A stretch of DNA of 64,000 bases from Flavobacterium sp. (GCA_036386895.1 DASVUR010000002.1:243-64242); one strand, 5' to 3'; numbered from the stretch's first letter, positions 1 to 11,583 are shown. A program made the numbers and translations. Notes: generated by a model not told the origin, from the sequence alone.

Positions 1-5
1 ACAAA

Positions 6-1196
6 CTACGAATTATATTTGTTAATTGCCTCACCCAAAATTTGAACTGATCGAACAAGGTCTTCCTTCTTCAAAACATACGCAATCCGCACTTCATTCA
101 AGCCCACCCCCGGTGTGGAGTAAAACCCTGCTGCAGGCGCTACCATGACCGTTTCGCCATTTGAATCAAAAGATTCCAGTAGCCATTGTGCAAACGTATC
201 GGCGTTATCTACGGGCAATTGCGCAATACAATAAAATGCGCCTTTCGGTACCGCGACTTTAACGTCAGAAATTTTTCGAAGTTCACTGACCAATACATCC
301 CGTCGGTCACGATATTCTGTTATGACTTCTTCAAAATACGAAGCAGGCGTGTCCAACGCAGCCTCACTAGCAATTTGCGCAAAAGTAGGCGGGCTCAATC
401 GTGCTTGCGCAAACTTCATGGCAGTCGACATTACTTCTTTGTTTTTAGAGACAATGCATCCGATTCTCGCGCCACACATACTATACCGCTTTGACACCGA
501 ATCAATCATAATAGCATTCTCTTCTAATCCAACTATATTTAGAACTGAATGATGCACATCGCCATCATAGGTAAATTCACGATAAACTTCATCGGCAACT
601 AAAAACAGATCGTGTTTTTTTACCAAAGCTGCCAATTGCATCATTTCTTCATGAGAATATAAATATCCGGTAGGATTGCCGGGATTGCAGATCAAAATAG
701 CCTTGGTTCGATTCGTTATAAGCTTCTCGAATTCGGCAATCGGAGGAAGTGCAAAACCTGTTTCAATAGAAGAAATTACCGGGACAACTTTAATTCCCGA
801 TGCCGTTGCAAAACCATTGTAGTTCGCATAAAAGGGTTCAGGGATTATAATCTCGTCACCATGATCCATCACGCTTCCCATCGCAAAGAGCAACGCTTCT
901 GAACCGCCGGTAGTAATAATAATTTCTGAGACCTCGACCGGAAGCCCATGTAATTTATAATATTGCGAAAGCTTGGTACGGTAGCTTTCAAACCCTGCGG
1001 AGTGACTGTACTCCAAAACCTCAATGTTCAGATTTTTAATTGAGTTAAGTGCGACTTCAGGTGTTTTAATATCAGGTTGACCGATATTTAAATGATAGAC
1101 TTTGTGACCTTTTTTCTTGGCGATTTCTGCATAGGGCACTAACTTTCGGATAGGCGACTCAGGCATCTGCTGCCCTTTATTGGAAACTTTCGGCAT
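6..1196 (-). CDS. PLP-dependent class I/II aminotransferase (aspartate aminotransferase-like)
   Basis: Motifs HLNIGQPD, NPGNPTG, ADEVY and DSVSKRYSMCGARIG (PLP lysine); 396 aa. Confidence 0.9.
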   Translation of the reverse strand: MPKVSNKGQQMPESPIRKLVPYAEIAKKKGHKVYHLNIGQPDIKTPEVALNSIKNLNIEVLEYSHSAGFESYRTKLSQYYKLHGLPVEVSEIIITTGGSEALLFAMGSVMDHGDEIIIPEPFYANYNGFATASGIKVVPVISSIETGFALPPIAEFEKLITNRTKAILICNPGNPTGYLYSHEEMMQLAALVKKHDLFLVADEVYREFTYDGDVHHSVLNIVGLEENAIMIDSVSKRYSMCGARIGCIVSKNKEVMSTAMKFAQARLSPPTFAQIASEAALDTPASYFEEVITEYRDRRDVLVSELRKISDVKVAVPKGAFYCIAQLPVDNADTFAQWLLESFDSNGETVMVAPAAGFYSTPGVGLNEVRIAYVLKKEDLVRSVQILGEAINKYNS

Positions 1197-1314
1197 GGTA
1201 TATTTTTTAGGTTACAAAAGTGCGACAATTTTCAGGATTATTCAAGGTGTTGAGTTCCAAAGCACATCGTATTTTTATAAGGTATTTTTTATAACTTTAT
1301 AAAAAAGTCTGATA

Positions 1315-2637
1315 ATGAAGTCGCTGTGGATAATTGTTTTAGCAACCGTTCTTCCTCTTGGCGGAGTGGCGCAGGAGACATGGCAATTTGATCATGGAAG
1401 AACTAAGGCCGTGATCCCGTTTCAGTTAATCAACAATCTTATTATTGTACCGTTAACTGTCAATGGCGTTCCGCTGAATTTTCTACTCGATTCGGGCGTG
1501 GAGGAAACCGTGCTATTCAGTCTTGATGATACCAATGAGATTACATTTTCAAATGTCGAAACACTTCGCCTCAGAGGGCTTGGCAGCCAAAACTATATTG
1601 AATGTATGAAATCCACAGGCAATCACCTCCGGATATCCGGCATGTCTACCCGAAACCATAACATCTATATTGTGCTTGATCCAAATTTCAACTTCTCCTC
1701 GCACATTGGAATCCCGGTAAATGGAATAATCGGCTACCATTTTTTTAAGGATAACCTGGTGCAGATTGACTACGATAAGAGGAAACTTATCGTTTTTAAA
1801 AACGATAAGAGGATCAGAAAGAAGCTTAAGGCTCAATATCAAACGCTTCCAATGTCGGTAGAAGCACAGAAGCCATATATTATCGCCGATATTCTTCAAG
1901 ATAAACAAAAGTTGCCGGCTAAGTTGCTTATCGACACCGGCAGTAGCGACGCGGTATGGATCTTCGACCAGCGTACGGATCTTATTGAAATACCTGCTAA
2001 GAGCTTCGACGATTTCCTTGGCCGCGGTTTCAGTGGCGACATCAATGGTAAACGCGCGCGTATAGCTGAACTTCATCTGCTAAATTTCAAGTTTGACCAA
2101 CCAATTGCCGCGTTTCCTGATTCTGCTTCAACAGCTAATGCTAAAATGGTGGAGAACAGGGCGGGATCAGTAGGAGGAGAGATTCTAAGGAGGTTTAACC
2201 TCGTGTTCGACTATAAGAACAATGCGTTATATATGAAAAAAGGCATCCGCTACAGCGATCCTTTCCGATACAACATGAGCGGAATGGAGCTGCATCATGA
2301 CGGATTACAATGGGTTCAGGAGACCGTCCAGCTGAGCACGGCCCGAATTACTTCAGCCTTGGACATTGACGGTACGAAGGCACGTGACTATAAGTACAAG
2401 TTCGCTTTAAAGCCCGTGTATTGTGTATCTAGCGTCAGAAAAGGCTCGCCCGCAGATCTTGCCGGGCTGCAAACGGGCGACATAATTAGGTCGATCAACA
2501 ACACAAATGCATTCAAGTATACACTGCAGGAAATTGGCATGCTTCTGAAGTCCGAAGAGGGACGGACGCTGGAATTCGAGATTGAGCGCGAGAATCAGCG
2601 GCTAAAGGTAAAGTTCCAACTCCAAAGTATTTTATAA
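1315..2637 (+). CDS. Secreted two-domain retropepsin-like aspartyl protease with C-terminal PDZ domain
   Basis: Signal peptide; two Asp motifs FLLDSG and LLIDTGS; PDZ-like SPADLAGLQTGDIIRSIN. Confidence 0.8.
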   Translation: MKSLWIIVLATVLPLGGVAQETWQFDHGRTKAVIPFQLINNLIIVPLTVNGVPLNFLLDSGVEETVLFSLDDTNEITFSNVETLRLRGLGSQNYIECMKSTGNHLRISGMSTRNHNIYIVLDPNFNFSSHIGIPVNGIIGYHFFKDNLVQIDYDKRKLIVFKNDKRIRKKLKAQYQTLPMSVEAQKPYIIADILQDKQKLPAKLLIDTGSSDAVWIFDQRTDLIEIPAKSFDDFLGRGFSGDINGKRARIAELHLLNFKFDQPIAAFPDSASTANAKMVENRAGSVGGEILRRFNLVFDYKNNALYMKKGIRYSDPFRYNMSGMELHHDGLQWVQETVQLSTARITSALDIDGTKARDYKYKFALKPVYCVSSVRKGSPADLAGLQTGDIIRSINNTNAFKYTLQEIGMLLKSEEGRTLEFEIERENQRLKVKFQLQSIL

Positions 2638-2667
2638 AAGAAAACCCTTCAAAGAAGGGCCTTTTTT
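2638..2667. terminator. Bidirectional intrinsic terminator
   Basis: AAAA-CCCTTC-aaa-GAAGGG-cc-TTTTTT between convergent genes. Confidence 0.75.
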
Positions 2668-2668
2668 A

Positions 2669-3103
2669 TTATTGCATCGGAGTTGTCTTTTTCTTCTCCA
2701 GCGGGTTGACTTCCTGTCTTACGGCAACTTCACCTTTTATTTTTAGAGCTACGCGGCCACCTTCATAATTAACTGCATTCGATTCAACGGTCAACGTTTT
2801 ACGGATGGGCCCCGGGTTCATATTGTACTTAACATCAATTTTACCTGTTTTTCCGGGCATTACAGGCTCCGTAGGCTTCGATGGCACTGTACATCCGCAA
2901 GTGGATTGGACATTGGTGATAATCAATGGCGCGTCGCCCGTATTTTTGAACTCAAAAGTTCTTAAGCCATTATCGGAGTCTTTATAAACTGTTCCGTAAT
3001 CAATTGTATTGTCTTTGTCTTTGAACTCTATTTTTGGGCCAGTTTGTGCAAATGTGCTGGCGCTCAAGACGGTAAAAGCGAGTAAGAATAAAAGTTTTTT
3101 CAT
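2669..3103 (-). CDS. DUF1573 (Ig-like) secreted protein
   Basis: Signal peptide; FEFKNTGDAPLIITNVQSTCGCTVP motif. Confidence 0.85.
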   Translation of the reverse strand: MKKLLFLLAFTVLSASTFAQTGPKIEFKDKDNTIDYGTVYKDSDNGLRTFEFKNTGDAPLIITNVQSTCGCTVPSKPTEPVMPGKTGKIDVKYNMNPGPIRKTLTVESNAVNYEGGRVALKIKGEVAVRQEVNPLEKKKTTPMQ

Positions 3104-3261
3104 TTGGGTTGATTTTGTTGGATGTAAATTTAATTTGTTTTAAAGAACGTGCAAATATTTAAATCTTAATTTTTTATCCTGTACAGATTATCTATTTTTG
3201 TACTCCGCCTGATTTACAAGAATCAGACCAAAATAAATTACTGCCTAATCAGATAAGATCC

Positions 3262-5892
3262 ATGAGCATTCCAACGCAATTTGACGCCAAAAACATCGAG
3301 GAAAAATGGTACGACTACTGGATGAAAAACAATTACTTTCATTCAGAGCCCGACCACCGTACACCATATACAATCGTAATTCCGCCGCCGAACGTTACCG
3401 GGGTGCTGCATATGGGCCACATGCTCAACAACACGCTTCAGGATGTGCTCATCAGACGGGCGCGGCTAAAAGGTTTTAATGCGTGCTGGGTTCCTGGAAC
3501 CGACCATGCCTCCATTGCCACCGAAGCAAAAGTAGTAGCAAAGCTAAAGGCAGAAGGAATAAACAAAAACGATCTAACCCGCGAGGAATTCCTTCAACAC
3601 GCATGGGAGTGGACTGACAAATACGGCGGCGTAATCCTGGACCAACTCAAAAAGTTAGGCGCTTCTTGCGATTGGGAACGAACAAAGTTTACAATGGACC
3701 CTGATATGTCGGCTTCTGTCATCCGGTCTTTTGTCGACCTTTATAACAAAGGTTTGATTTACCGCGGCTATCGCATGGTGAATTGGGATCCCGAAGCAAA
3801 AACAACACTATCCGACGAAGAAGTTATCTACGAAGAACAACAGGGGAAACTGTATTTTTTAAAGTATAAAATAGAAAATACCGAAGAATACCTGACCGTA
3901 GCAACCACACGTCCGGAAACTATTTTGGGCGATACTGCAATCTGCATCAACCCGGATGATGAGCGATATTTTCACCTGAAAGGGAGAAAAGCGATCGTCC
4001 CCATAGCGAACCGGATTATCCCTATTATCGAAGATGATTATGTCGACATGGAATTCGGTACCGGATGCCTGAAAGTTACCCCGGCGCACGATATGAACGA
4101 CAAAATGCTCGGAGAAAAACACAATCTTGAAATTATTGATATTTTTAATGATGACGCCACGCTTAACTCATTCGGACTTCACTACTCCGGGAAAGACCGT
4201 TTTGTGGTACGTGACGAAATCGCCATAGAACTTGAATCTCTCGGGTATCTAACGAAAGTGGAAACGCACATCAATAAAGTAGGCACTTCCGAACGTACCA
4301 AAGCGGTAATAGAACCGCGGTTGTCGGATCAGTGGTTCCTCAAAATGGAAGACCTGGTAAAGCCCGCAATTAAAGCGGTTCTCGAAGATGATGAGATAAA
4401 GTTATATCCGAAAAAATTTGAAAACACGTACCGCCACTGGCTTGAAAATATACGTGACTGGAATATCTCGCGCCAGCTTTGGTGGGGACAACAGATTCCG
4501 GCGTACTATTTTGGTGATGGAAAAGAAGATTTTGTCGTAGCCGAAACGAAAGAAGAAGCCCTCGGGCTGGCACGCCAAAGAACAGGCAACAGCAACCTTC
4601 AGGCTTCCGACCTAAAACAAGATGCCGATGCGCTCGATACATGGTTTTCGTCCTGGCTCTGGCCCATGGCAGTTTTCGGTGGAATCATGGATCCGAAAAG
4701 CGCTGACTACAAATACTATTATCCCACTAACGACCTTGTTACCGGTCCGGATATCTTATTTTTCTGGGTCGCGCGGATGATAATTGCAGGTTATGAATAC
4801 GCGGGTGAGAAGCCATTTTCGAATGTGTACCTCACGGGACTCGTTCGCGACAAACAACGCCGTAAGATGTCAAAATCACTCGGAAATTCGCCGGATCCGC
4901 TTGATTTGATTGATAAATTCGGTGCTGATGGTGTTCGCGTCGGATTGTTATTGAGCGCTTCGGCTGGAAATGACATTATGTTCGACGAAGAACTTTGTGC
5001 CCAAGGCCGTGCATTTTCACACAAGATATGGAATGCCTTCCGCCTTATCCAAGGTTGGGAAGTTGCCGATACTGCCCAGCCGGGATCCTCAAAAATTGCT
5101 ATTGAGTGGTTTGAAGCAAAACTTCAGCAAACGTTGGTCGAGATTGAAGATCACTTTGCGAAATATCGTATTTCAGACGCGTTAATGGCGATTTATAAGC
5201 TGGTTTGGGACGACTTCTGTTCGTGGTTCCTTGAGATGATAAAGCCGGCTTATCAGCAGCCGATCGACCGGGCAACGTTCGACAAAGCCATCGAAATGCT
5301 TGAGAATAATTTGAAGTTGCTGCATCCCTTTATGCCATTCCTGACCGAAGAGATCTGGCAGCACATCGCAACGCGAACACCGGAAGAAGCTTTAATCGTC
5401 TCCACTTGGCCGCAGCAAAAAGAATTCGATCAGTCATTAATAGCTAACTTTGAAAGTGCTGCTGAAGTCATTTCAGCAATACGCTCAGTTCGAAAAGAGA
5501 AGAACATTCCGTTCCGGGACGCAATCGAACTTAAAGTGATAAACAGGGAAAACACATCAACTTATTTTGATGCTGTAGTTACAAAACTCGGCAATATTGA
5601 CGCCGTAGAATACCTAACTGAGAAAGTCGATGGCGCCTTGTCATTCCGCGTGGGTTCAAACGAATACTTCATTCCGGTTGCAGGTGCAGTCAACCTCGAA
5701 GAGGAGATTGCGAAACTTAAAGAAGAACTGGAATACACGCAAGGATTTTTAAGGTCGGTCCGAGGCAAACTTTCCAACGAACGCTTTGTTGCCGGTGCAC
5801 CGCCGAAAGTTCTCGAAACGGAACGCAAAAAAGAAGCCGACGCGCTTGCGAAGATAGAAACGCTAGAGCAGAGTCTTTCAAGTCTTAAATAA
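3262..5892 (+). CDS. valS: Valine--tRNA ligase
   Basis: [13 protein letters not shown] (HIGH), [18 protein letters not shown]-terminal coiled coil. Confidence 0.98.
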   Translation: MSIPTQFDAKNIEEKWYDYWMKNNYFHSEPDHRTPYTIVIPPPNVTGVLHMGHMLNNTLQDVLIRRARLKGFNACWVPGTDHASIATEAKVVAKLKAEGINKNDLTREEFLQHAWEWTDKYGGVILDQLKKLGASCDWERTKFTMDPDMSASVIRSFVDLYNKGLIYRGYRMVNWDPEAKTTLSDEEVIYEEQQGKLYFLKYKIENTEEYLTVATTRPETILGDTAICINPDDERYFHLKGRKAIVPIANRIIPIIEDDYVDMEFGTGCLKVTPAHDMNDKMLGEKHNLEIIDIFNDDATLNSFGLHYSGKDRFVVRDEIAIELESLGYLTKVETHINKVGTSERTKAVIEPRLSDQWFLKMEDLVKPAIKAVLEDDEIKLYPKKFENTYRHWLENIRDWNISRQLWWGQQIPAYYFGDGKEDFVVAETKEEALGLARQRTGNSNLQASDLKQDADALDTWFSSWLWPMAVFGGIMDPKSADYKYYYPTNDLVTGPDILFFWVARMIIAGYEYAGEKPFSNVYLTGLVRDKQRRKMSKSLGNSPDPLDLIDKFGADGVRVGLLLSASAGNDIMFDEELCAQGRAFSHKIWNAFRLIQGWEVADTAQPGSSKIAIEWFEAKLQQTLVEIEDHFAKYRISDALMAIYKLVWDDFCSWFLEMIKPAYQQPIDRATFDKAIEMLENNLKLLHPFMPFLTEEIWQHIATRTPEEALIVSTWPQQKEFDQSLIANFESAAEVISAIRSVRKEKNIPFRDAIELKVINRENTSTYFDAVVTKLGNIDAVEYLTEKVDGALSFRVGSNEYFIPVAGAVNLEEEIAKLKEELEYTQGFLRSVRGKLSNERFVAGAPPKVLETERKKEADALAKIETLEQSLSSLK

Positions 5893-5971
5893 CGAAATTC
5901 CGAATAAACGCGAACAAGTTCCTACAGCAATGCTGTGACTAGCACACAAAAAGCGCAATAAAGAGTATTTC

Positions 5972-6757
5972 TCAATATTTCTTTCGCACTGCATCCTCGT
6001 ATTTTTCAGAAACCTTTTCCCAGTTTATCACGTTAAAGAACGCCTGGATGTAGTTGCTGCGTTTGTACTTATAGCCTAAGTAATAGGCGTGCTCCCAAAG
6101 ATCAAGTCCCAGAATAGGGGTTCCGGGAACGGGCGACTGCGGCATCAGCGGATTGTCCTGGTTCTGCGTCGAAGCAACTTTAAGTTTGCCGGAACGGTCC
6201 ACAACAAGCCATGTCCATCCAGAACCGAAGTGCCGATTTGCAGTGCCTTCAAATTCTGTCTTAAAATTTTCGTAGGACCCGAAATCGCGCACTATTACAG
6301 CAGCTAAGGTGTCTTTTGGCTGGCCGCCGCCTTTCGGACTCATAATTTCGAAGAACAAGGAGTGGTTATAATATCCGCCGGCGTTGTTCCGCAAATTCGC
6401 GTCCGACATGTCGAGCTTCGTCAGGATTTCGTTCAGGGGCAGGTTTTGCCTTTCGGTGCCATCAAGCGCGCGGTTAAAATTATTTGTGTAGGTAAGATAA
6501 TGTTTGGAGTAATGCGTCTCCATCGTAAGTGCATCAATGTGCGGTGATAAGGCATCGTAAGCATACGGAAGTTTTATCATTTCAAAAGCGCCCGGATCGG
6601 CTTGTACATCGTCCGGATGCCCGATTGTTTGCTTTTCTTCGGCCGCCGGCAATGGCACTTCTACAACTTCAGTAAGTTTTTTTTTGTTGCACGACTGCAG
6701 TGCAAGGGTTAATGAAAAACACAACATAATCACTTTTGCCTTTTTCATGGTCGTCAT
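5972..6757 (-). CDS. Mn/Fe superoxide dismutase with N-terminal lipoprotein signal
   Basis: HYSKH, NHSLF and DLWEHAYY metal ligands; NNAGG and NQD are Mn/cambialistic-type signatures; lipobox LALQSC (start may be 6748). Confidence 0.88.
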   Translation of the reverse strand: MTTMKKAKVIMLCFSLTLALQSCNKKKLTEVVEVPLPAAEEKQTIGHPDDVQADPGAFEMIKLPYAYDALSPHIDALTMETHYSKHYLTYTNNFNRALDGTERQNLPLNEILTKLDMSDANLRNNAGGYYNHSLFFEIMSPKGGGQPKDTLAAVIVRDFGSYENFKTEFEGTANRHFGSGWTWLVVDRSGKLKVASTQNQDNPLMPQSPVPGTPILGLDLWEHAYYLGYKYKRSNYIQAFFNVINWEKVSEKYEDAVRKKY

Positions 6758-6758
6758 T

Positions 6759-7019
6759 TTAGGTAATTGAATTGATTGCTTCTATGTAAAGTTGTTTGGC
6801 CTCATCGGGAGTGAGGTGGCTGATTTGCATCCACGCATTTGTCTTAAATGCATTTCGCAGATCAAAAGAATTATTGAAGTTCGCTTCAGGCGTACCAAAT
6901 GTCGCTTGCTTGTAATAAGCATACAGTCGGAGCTGCACATCCTGTGGCAGATCTGATTGCGCCATCTTCGAAGCACGTTCAACGGCTTGTGCAAAAGCGA
7001 TATCTAAATCTTCAGGCAT
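6759..7019 (-). CDS. Acyl-CoA-binding protein (ACBP)
   Basis: LYAYYKQATFG and KTNAW motifs; 86 aa. Confidence 0.85.
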   Translation of the reverse strand: MPEDLDIAFAQAVERASKMAQSDLPQDVQLRLYAYYKQATFGTPEANFNNSFDLRNAFKTNAWMQISHLTPDEAKQLYIEAINSIT

Positions 7020-7672
7020 TATTCCTTTACTGCAATTACGGTTTTTCCACCAATGGCCTTTTGTCCCAATTTAACGCTGACCTCAGTACCGATAGGCAAA
7101 AATAAATCCACCCTCGAACCGAACTTGATAAATCCGGCATCTTCTCCCTGTATAGCACGATCGCCGACTTTCGCATAATTAACGATCCGTCTTGCAAGGG
7201 CACCGGCTATTTGACGGTAAAGCACTTCACCAAAAGCATTATTTTCCACTACAACGGTAGTACGTTCGTTTTCCGTGCTTGCTTTAGGATGCCATGCAAC
7301 GAGATATTTTCCGGGATGATACTTGCTGAACTTCACTGTTCCACTTACCGGGTACCGCGTAACGTGAACGTTGATTGGCGACATGAAAATCGACACCTGA
7401 AGGCGTTTTTCCTTAAAATATTCCTCTTCAAACACCTCTTCAATTACAACCACTTTTCCGTCAACCGGAGCAATTACATGATGGTCGGCCGTATCGACCA
7501 AACGTTTTGGGTTTCTGAAGAACTGCAGTATCATGATCAGGAAAAACAATATGGCGAGTTGCACCGTTTTCTGCAGCCAGAATATTTCGATGAAGTTATC
7601 GGCCAGAAGTAATACTGCTACGGTTACCGTTGTTGCTATCAGAATAATTTTTCCACCTTCTTTATGAAACAT
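7019..7672 (-). CDS. psd: Phosphatidylserine decarboxylase proenzyme
   Basis: IFMSPINVH and GFIKFGSRVD (pyruvoyl self-cleavage site); start reset to MFHKEG. Confidence 0.93.
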   Translation of the reverse strand: MFHKEGGKIILIATTVTVAVLLLADNFIEIFWLQKTVQLAILFFLIMILQFFRNPKRLVDTADHHVIAPVDGKVVVIEEVFEEEYFKEKRLQVSIFMSPINVHVTRYPVSGTVKFSKYHPGKYLVAWHPKASTENERTTVVVENNAFGEVLYRQIAGALARRIVNYAKVGDRAIQGEDAGFIKFGSRVDLFLPIGTEVSVKLGQKAIGGKTVIAVKE

Positions 7673-8465
7673 AATATAAAATTTGATAAAATAAAAATAC
7701 CATCGGAACCGCAAAAATCACACTGTCAAGCCTGTCGAGTATCCCGCCATGTCCCGGCATAATGCTACCGCTGTCTTTTGCTCCCGCTATGCGTTTGAAC
7801 TTCGACTCAACCAAATCGCCCAACGTTCCGAAAACCGAGCACAAAAACGCGATGAAAATCCAATGCGACACGGGTTGTCCAATGTAATACTCGGCGATCA
7901 AGTATCCGGCGAGAAGCGCAAATAGGAGTCCGCCTACAAAACCCTCAAACGTTTTTTTTGGCGATATCCGCTCAAGCAATTTGGTCTTTCCAAACGACTT
8001 CCCGACTATAAATGCAAAGGTATCATTTGTCCAGATAAGTATAAAAATACTGATGATAATTTTTGGGTTATAACCAATCTTTCCAAGTGGCAATTTCGTG
8101 ATCAGGATGAACGGTAAAATAATGTAACCAATGAGATACACGTATTTTGAGGTAAGGTCTGTACGTTGCTTTCGGTCATTGAAAAGGAAAATGAGGCACT
8201 TGGCTGATATGAATAGCGTTGCGCCCAGCAAGAGTAGAACAGTGGTTTGGGAGGTGTAGAAGAAAGAAAACAGCGCATACGACGCAACGGCGAAAATAAC
8301 CGGAAGCGCTTTTTTTAGCTGCACCAGATTACAGAACTCTGCTACGCAAATAGCAAGGAATATCCCGAAAAGGAGCAGAAAACTGTTGAAGGAAAAGGAA
8401 GTTGCCGCTATTAACAGGATTACGTAAACTACGCCTGAAAGTAATCTCGTCAGCGTTTCTTTCAT
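7662..8465 (-). CDS. cdsA: Phosphatidate cytidylyltransferase
   Basis: ISPKKTFEG, GDLVESKFKR, KDSGSIMPGHGGILDRLDS. Confidence 0.95.
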   Translation of the reverse strand: MKETLTRLLSGVVYVILLIAATSFSFNSFLLLFGIFLAICVAEFCNLVQLKKALPVIFAVASYALFSFFYTSQTTVLLLLGATLFISAKCLIFLFNDRKQRTDLTSKYVYLIGYIILPFILITKLPLGKIGYNPKIIISIFILIWTNDTFAFIVGKSFGKTKLLERISPKKTFEGFVGGLLFALLAGYLIAEYYIGQPVSHWIFIAFLCSVFGTLGDLVESKFKRIAGAKDSGSIMPGHGGILDRLDSVIFAVPMVFLFYQILYYVS

Positions 8466-8467
8466 TA

Positions 8468-9067
8468 TTAAAGATCTTCTAAAAGCAGCAAATATAAGTT
8501 TTTTGCCGAACTCCCATACTGAAGGAAGTCCTCTTCTTTTGCTTTTTCGAAGTATTTTATTGTTGTGATATTGGTTGGATAATCTTTTTCGTACTTCTTT
8601 TTGATTGTACGCAGGCCATCGCTTTTGGTTTCCAATATCTGGCTTGTAGTGGCAAGGATCACAATGTTTGCGGGAAGGTCATTCGGTTTGTTCTGCTTGA
8701 TTTGATTCGATGAAAATAAAACAGATCCTTCATCAGCAATTAGGTTCTCGCAGCTTGCAAGCAGAAACTTCGGATTCCTCGGATTGGTATAATTCAGTTT
8801 ATTTTCGTCGAGCATGCTGTAAAGTTTCGGCTCAAAGCAAACCGCTTCCGATTCAAACCAGTCGTTCTCCTCCAGGATGTTCTCGAACTGGTCCTTGACC
8901 TCTGAAAGGTTTTCACAGTACAGGAATTTTCCACCGTTCTTCTTGAAATTGAACGTGAATAACTCGTCAACCGGCAACGAAACGTCGGAGCGGCGTAACT
9001 CGTTGTCTTTGTCCTCACCTTGTGAAGATTCATTTCCCGTACCAAAAAATTTTCTGAAAAGGCTCAT
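8468..9067 (-). CDS. LUD-domain (lactate utilization B/C-like) conserved protein
   Basis: Conserved Flavobacteriaceae gene between ftsH and cdsA; FKKNGGKFLYC and LIADEGSVLFSS; start reset to MSLFRK. Confidence 0.65.
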   Translation of the reverse strand: MSLFRKFFGTGNESSQGEDKDNELRRSDVSLPVDELFTFNFKKNGGKFLYCENLSEVKDQFENILEENDWFESEAVCFEPKLYSMLDENKLNYTNPRNPKFLLASCENLIADEGSVLFSSNQIKQNKPNDLPANIVILATTSQILETKSDGLRTIKKKYEKDYPTNITTIKYFEKAKEEDFLQYGSSAKNLYLLLLEDL

Positions 9068-9111
9068 AGCGGCGCAAATACTGGATTTGTAATATGGAAT
9101 CATCCAAAGAT

Positions 9112-9153
9112 AAAAAAATCTTAATTCAAAAGTGTTTTTGAATTAAGATTTTT
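9112..9153 (-). terminator. AT-rich intrinsic terminator of ftsH
   Basis: Perfect 18-bp inverted repeat (9114-9131 / 9136-9153) with 4-nt loop and a T-run on the minus strand. Confidence 0.65.
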
Positions 9154-9174
9154 AGAAAAAAACGGTGCTGTTAT

Positions 9175-11109
9175 TTACAGTGAAGTTTCTTCCTGTAAGT
9201 TCTTGTCAAAAGGCCTTTTACCGAATATAGTCTCAAGGTCATCTTTAAATATAACTTCCTTATCTATCAGTATGCCGGCCAACTGATTAAGCTTGTCTTT
9301 GTTCTCGTTTAGGATCGCAATTGCACGTTGATACTGACCTTCGATCAACGCCGAAATCTCCTGATCAATTACTCTTGCCGTTTCTTCCGAATAGGGCTTC
9401 GCGAAGTTATATTCGCTTTGACCTGTCGAATCGTAATAGGTGACGTTTCCAAGTTTTTCGTTTAATCCGTAAATGGTAACCATGGCCCGTGCCTGTTTTG
9501 TTACCTTTTCAAGATCGCTCAGTGCTCCTGTGGAAATGCGTCCGAAGGTTACATGTTCAGCAGCACGTCCGCCCATGGTGGCGCACATCTCGTCCAGCAT
9601 CTGGTCCGGGCGCACAATAAGCCGCTCTTCCGGTAAATACCAAGCGGCCCCAAGGCTTTGTCCGCGTGGAACGATGGTGACTTTTACCAGCGGCGCTGCG
9701 TGCTCAAGCATCCAGCTTACAGTTGCGTGGCCTGCTTCGTGAATCGCAATGGCTTTTTTCTCTTCAGGCGTGACGATCTTATTTTTCTTTTCGAGTCCGC
9801 CAACGATCCTGTCAACTGCATCAAGAAAATCCTGTTTGTCAACTGCTTTCTTGTCGTTTCGCGCTGCAATTAAAGCAGCTTCATTGCAAACATTTGCAAT
9901 ATCGGCACCGGAAAAACCAGGTGTTTGTTTCGCAAGAAAATCCGTGTCAAGGCCTTCAACCTTTTTAAGTGGTGCCAAGTGGACTTCAAAAATTTCCTTT
10001 CGCTCACGGATGTCCGGAAGATCAACGAAAATTTGTCGGTCAAACCGACCTGCACGCATCAACGCTTTGTCGAGTACATCGGCACGGTTGGTTGCTGCGA
10101 GAACAATCACATTCGAATTTGTACCGAAGCCGTCCATCTCAGTCAGCAACTGGTTCAGCGTATTTTCGCGCTCATCGTTTGATCCTGAGAAATTATTTTT
10201 TCCACGTGCACGCCCCACGGCATCAATTTCATCGATAAATATAATGGCAGGCGATTTTTCCTTGGCCTGCTTAAACAAGTCACGCACTCTTGAGGCTCCA
10301 ACACCAACAAACATCTCGACAAAGTCAGATCCTGAAAGTGAAAAGAACGGCACACGCGCTTCACCCGCAACTGCTTTCGCAAGCAACGTTTTTCCCGTTC
10401 CCGGAGGTCCTACCAGAAGCGCTCCTTTTGGAATTTTACCTCCGAGAGTAGTATATTTTTCGGGATTTTTCAGGAACTCAACGATCTCCTGAATTTCTTC
10501 TTTTGCACCTTCAAGTCCGGCAACATCTTTAAAAGTTGTTTTAATATCGTTCTTTTCGTCAAACAATTTTGCTTTTGATTTTCCGATGTTGAATAACTGT
10601 CCGCCGCCACCGCCTGCGCCACCGCCCGACATTCTGCGCATAATGAAGAACCACAATCCAATTATAAAAATAAACGGAAGTAGCGTCATCAACAGGTCGG
10701 TCCAGTTGCTTTTAGGCTGGAAGTTGAAGTCTTTTAGTTTGCCCTCGTCAATTGCTGTTTCAAGTTTTTTCTGAAAAAGTTCGTCGTTACCAATGTCGAA
10801 AACGTAATGCGGACCTTTTAAATTCTCGCGGTCCAACATGTCTTTAGAAACTTCTTTATGCTCCTTTTCTTTCAGCGCGTCGGCCTTCAAATAGACTTCA
10901 CCTTCAGTTTTATTGTAGACGATAACACGCTCAACCTGCCCTTTTTCAAGAAATGCGTCGAACTTCGGCGGACTTATTTTAACGGGCTCCTGAAATGACG
11001 AACCGCCGGTGGCAACGCTGATAATGATAAAGATCATCGCAACTGCTCCGTAAAGCAGCCACGGATTCATCTTTAATTTGTTTGGATTAGGGTTATTATC
11101 TTTAGCCAT
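9175..11109 (-). CDS. ftsH: ATP-dependent zinc metalloprotease FtsH
   Basis: Two TM helices, Walker A GPPGTGKT, Walker B IIFIDE, SRH, HEAGH. Confidence 0.98.
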   Translation of the reverse strand: MAKDNNPNPNKLKMNPWLLYGAVAMIFIIISVATGGSSFQEPVKISPPKFDAFLEKGQVERVIVYNKTEGEVYLKADALKEKEHKEVSKDMLDRENLKGPHYVFDIGNDELFQKKLETAIDEGKLKDFNFQPKSNWTDLLMTLLPFIFIIGLWFFIMRRMSGGGAGGGGGQLFNIGKSKAKLFDEKNDIKTTFKDVAGLEGAKEEIQEIVEFLKNPEKYTTLGGKIPKGALLVGPPGTGKTLLAKAVAGEARVPFFSLSGSDFVEMFVGVGASRVRDLFKQAKEKSPAIIFIDEIDAVGRARGKNNFSGSNDERENTLNQLLTEMDGFGTNSNVIVLAATNRADVLDKALMRAGRFDRQIFVDLPDIRERKEIFEVHLAPLKKVEGLDTDFLAKQTPGFSGADIANVCNEAALIAARNDKKAVDKQDFLDAVDRIVGGLEKKNKIVTPEEKKAIAIHEAGHATVSWMLEHAAPLVKVTIVPRGQSLGAAWYLPEERLIVRPDQMLDEMCATMGGRAAEHVTFGRISTGALSDLEKVTKQARAMVTIYGLNEKLGNVTYYDSTGQSEYNFAKPYSEETARVIDQEISALIEGQYQRAIAILNENKDKLNQLAGILIDKEVIFKDDLETIFGKRPFDKNLQEETSL

Positions 11110-11117
11110 TTGTATGT

Positions 11118-11489
11118 TTAATATTTGTTTTGGATGGTAGTGATTTTAGCATCACCCCAAAGGCTCTCGATATTATAATATTCCCTGATGTGTTTCTGGA
11201 AAACGTGCACAACAATATTGACATAGTCCATCAGCACCCATTCAGCGTTTTCAGCGCCTTCCACGTGCCATGGCTTGTCTTTTAATTCTTTCGATACCGT
11301 TTTTTGGACTGAGGTTACAATCGCGTTAACCTGTGTATTTGAATTTCCGTTGCAAATGATAAAGTAATCACATGCTGAATTGTCTATTTCCCTTAAATCT
11401 AGAATATCTATATCGTTACCTTTTACTTCTTCAATTCCTTTGATAATGTTAGCCAATAAGACATCATTATTCACTGTTTTTTTAGCCAT
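11118..11489 (-). CDS. rsfS: Ribosome silencing factor
   Basis: WVLMDYVNIVVHVF and REYYNIESLW. Confidence 0.95.
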   Translation of the reverse strand: MAKKTVNNDVLLANIIKGIEEVKGNDIDILDLREIDNSACDYFIICNGNSNTQVNAIVTSVQKTVSKELKDKPWHVEGAENAEWVLMDYVNIVVHVFQKHIREYYNIESLWGDAKITTIQNKY

Positions 11490-11583
11490 TTAAAAATTTT
11501 ATATAGTTCGCAAAGTTACCATTTTTTGTGTTTAATTTTGAACCTTAACAAAAGATTAAATTTCTGACACAAATTCATTTCCG

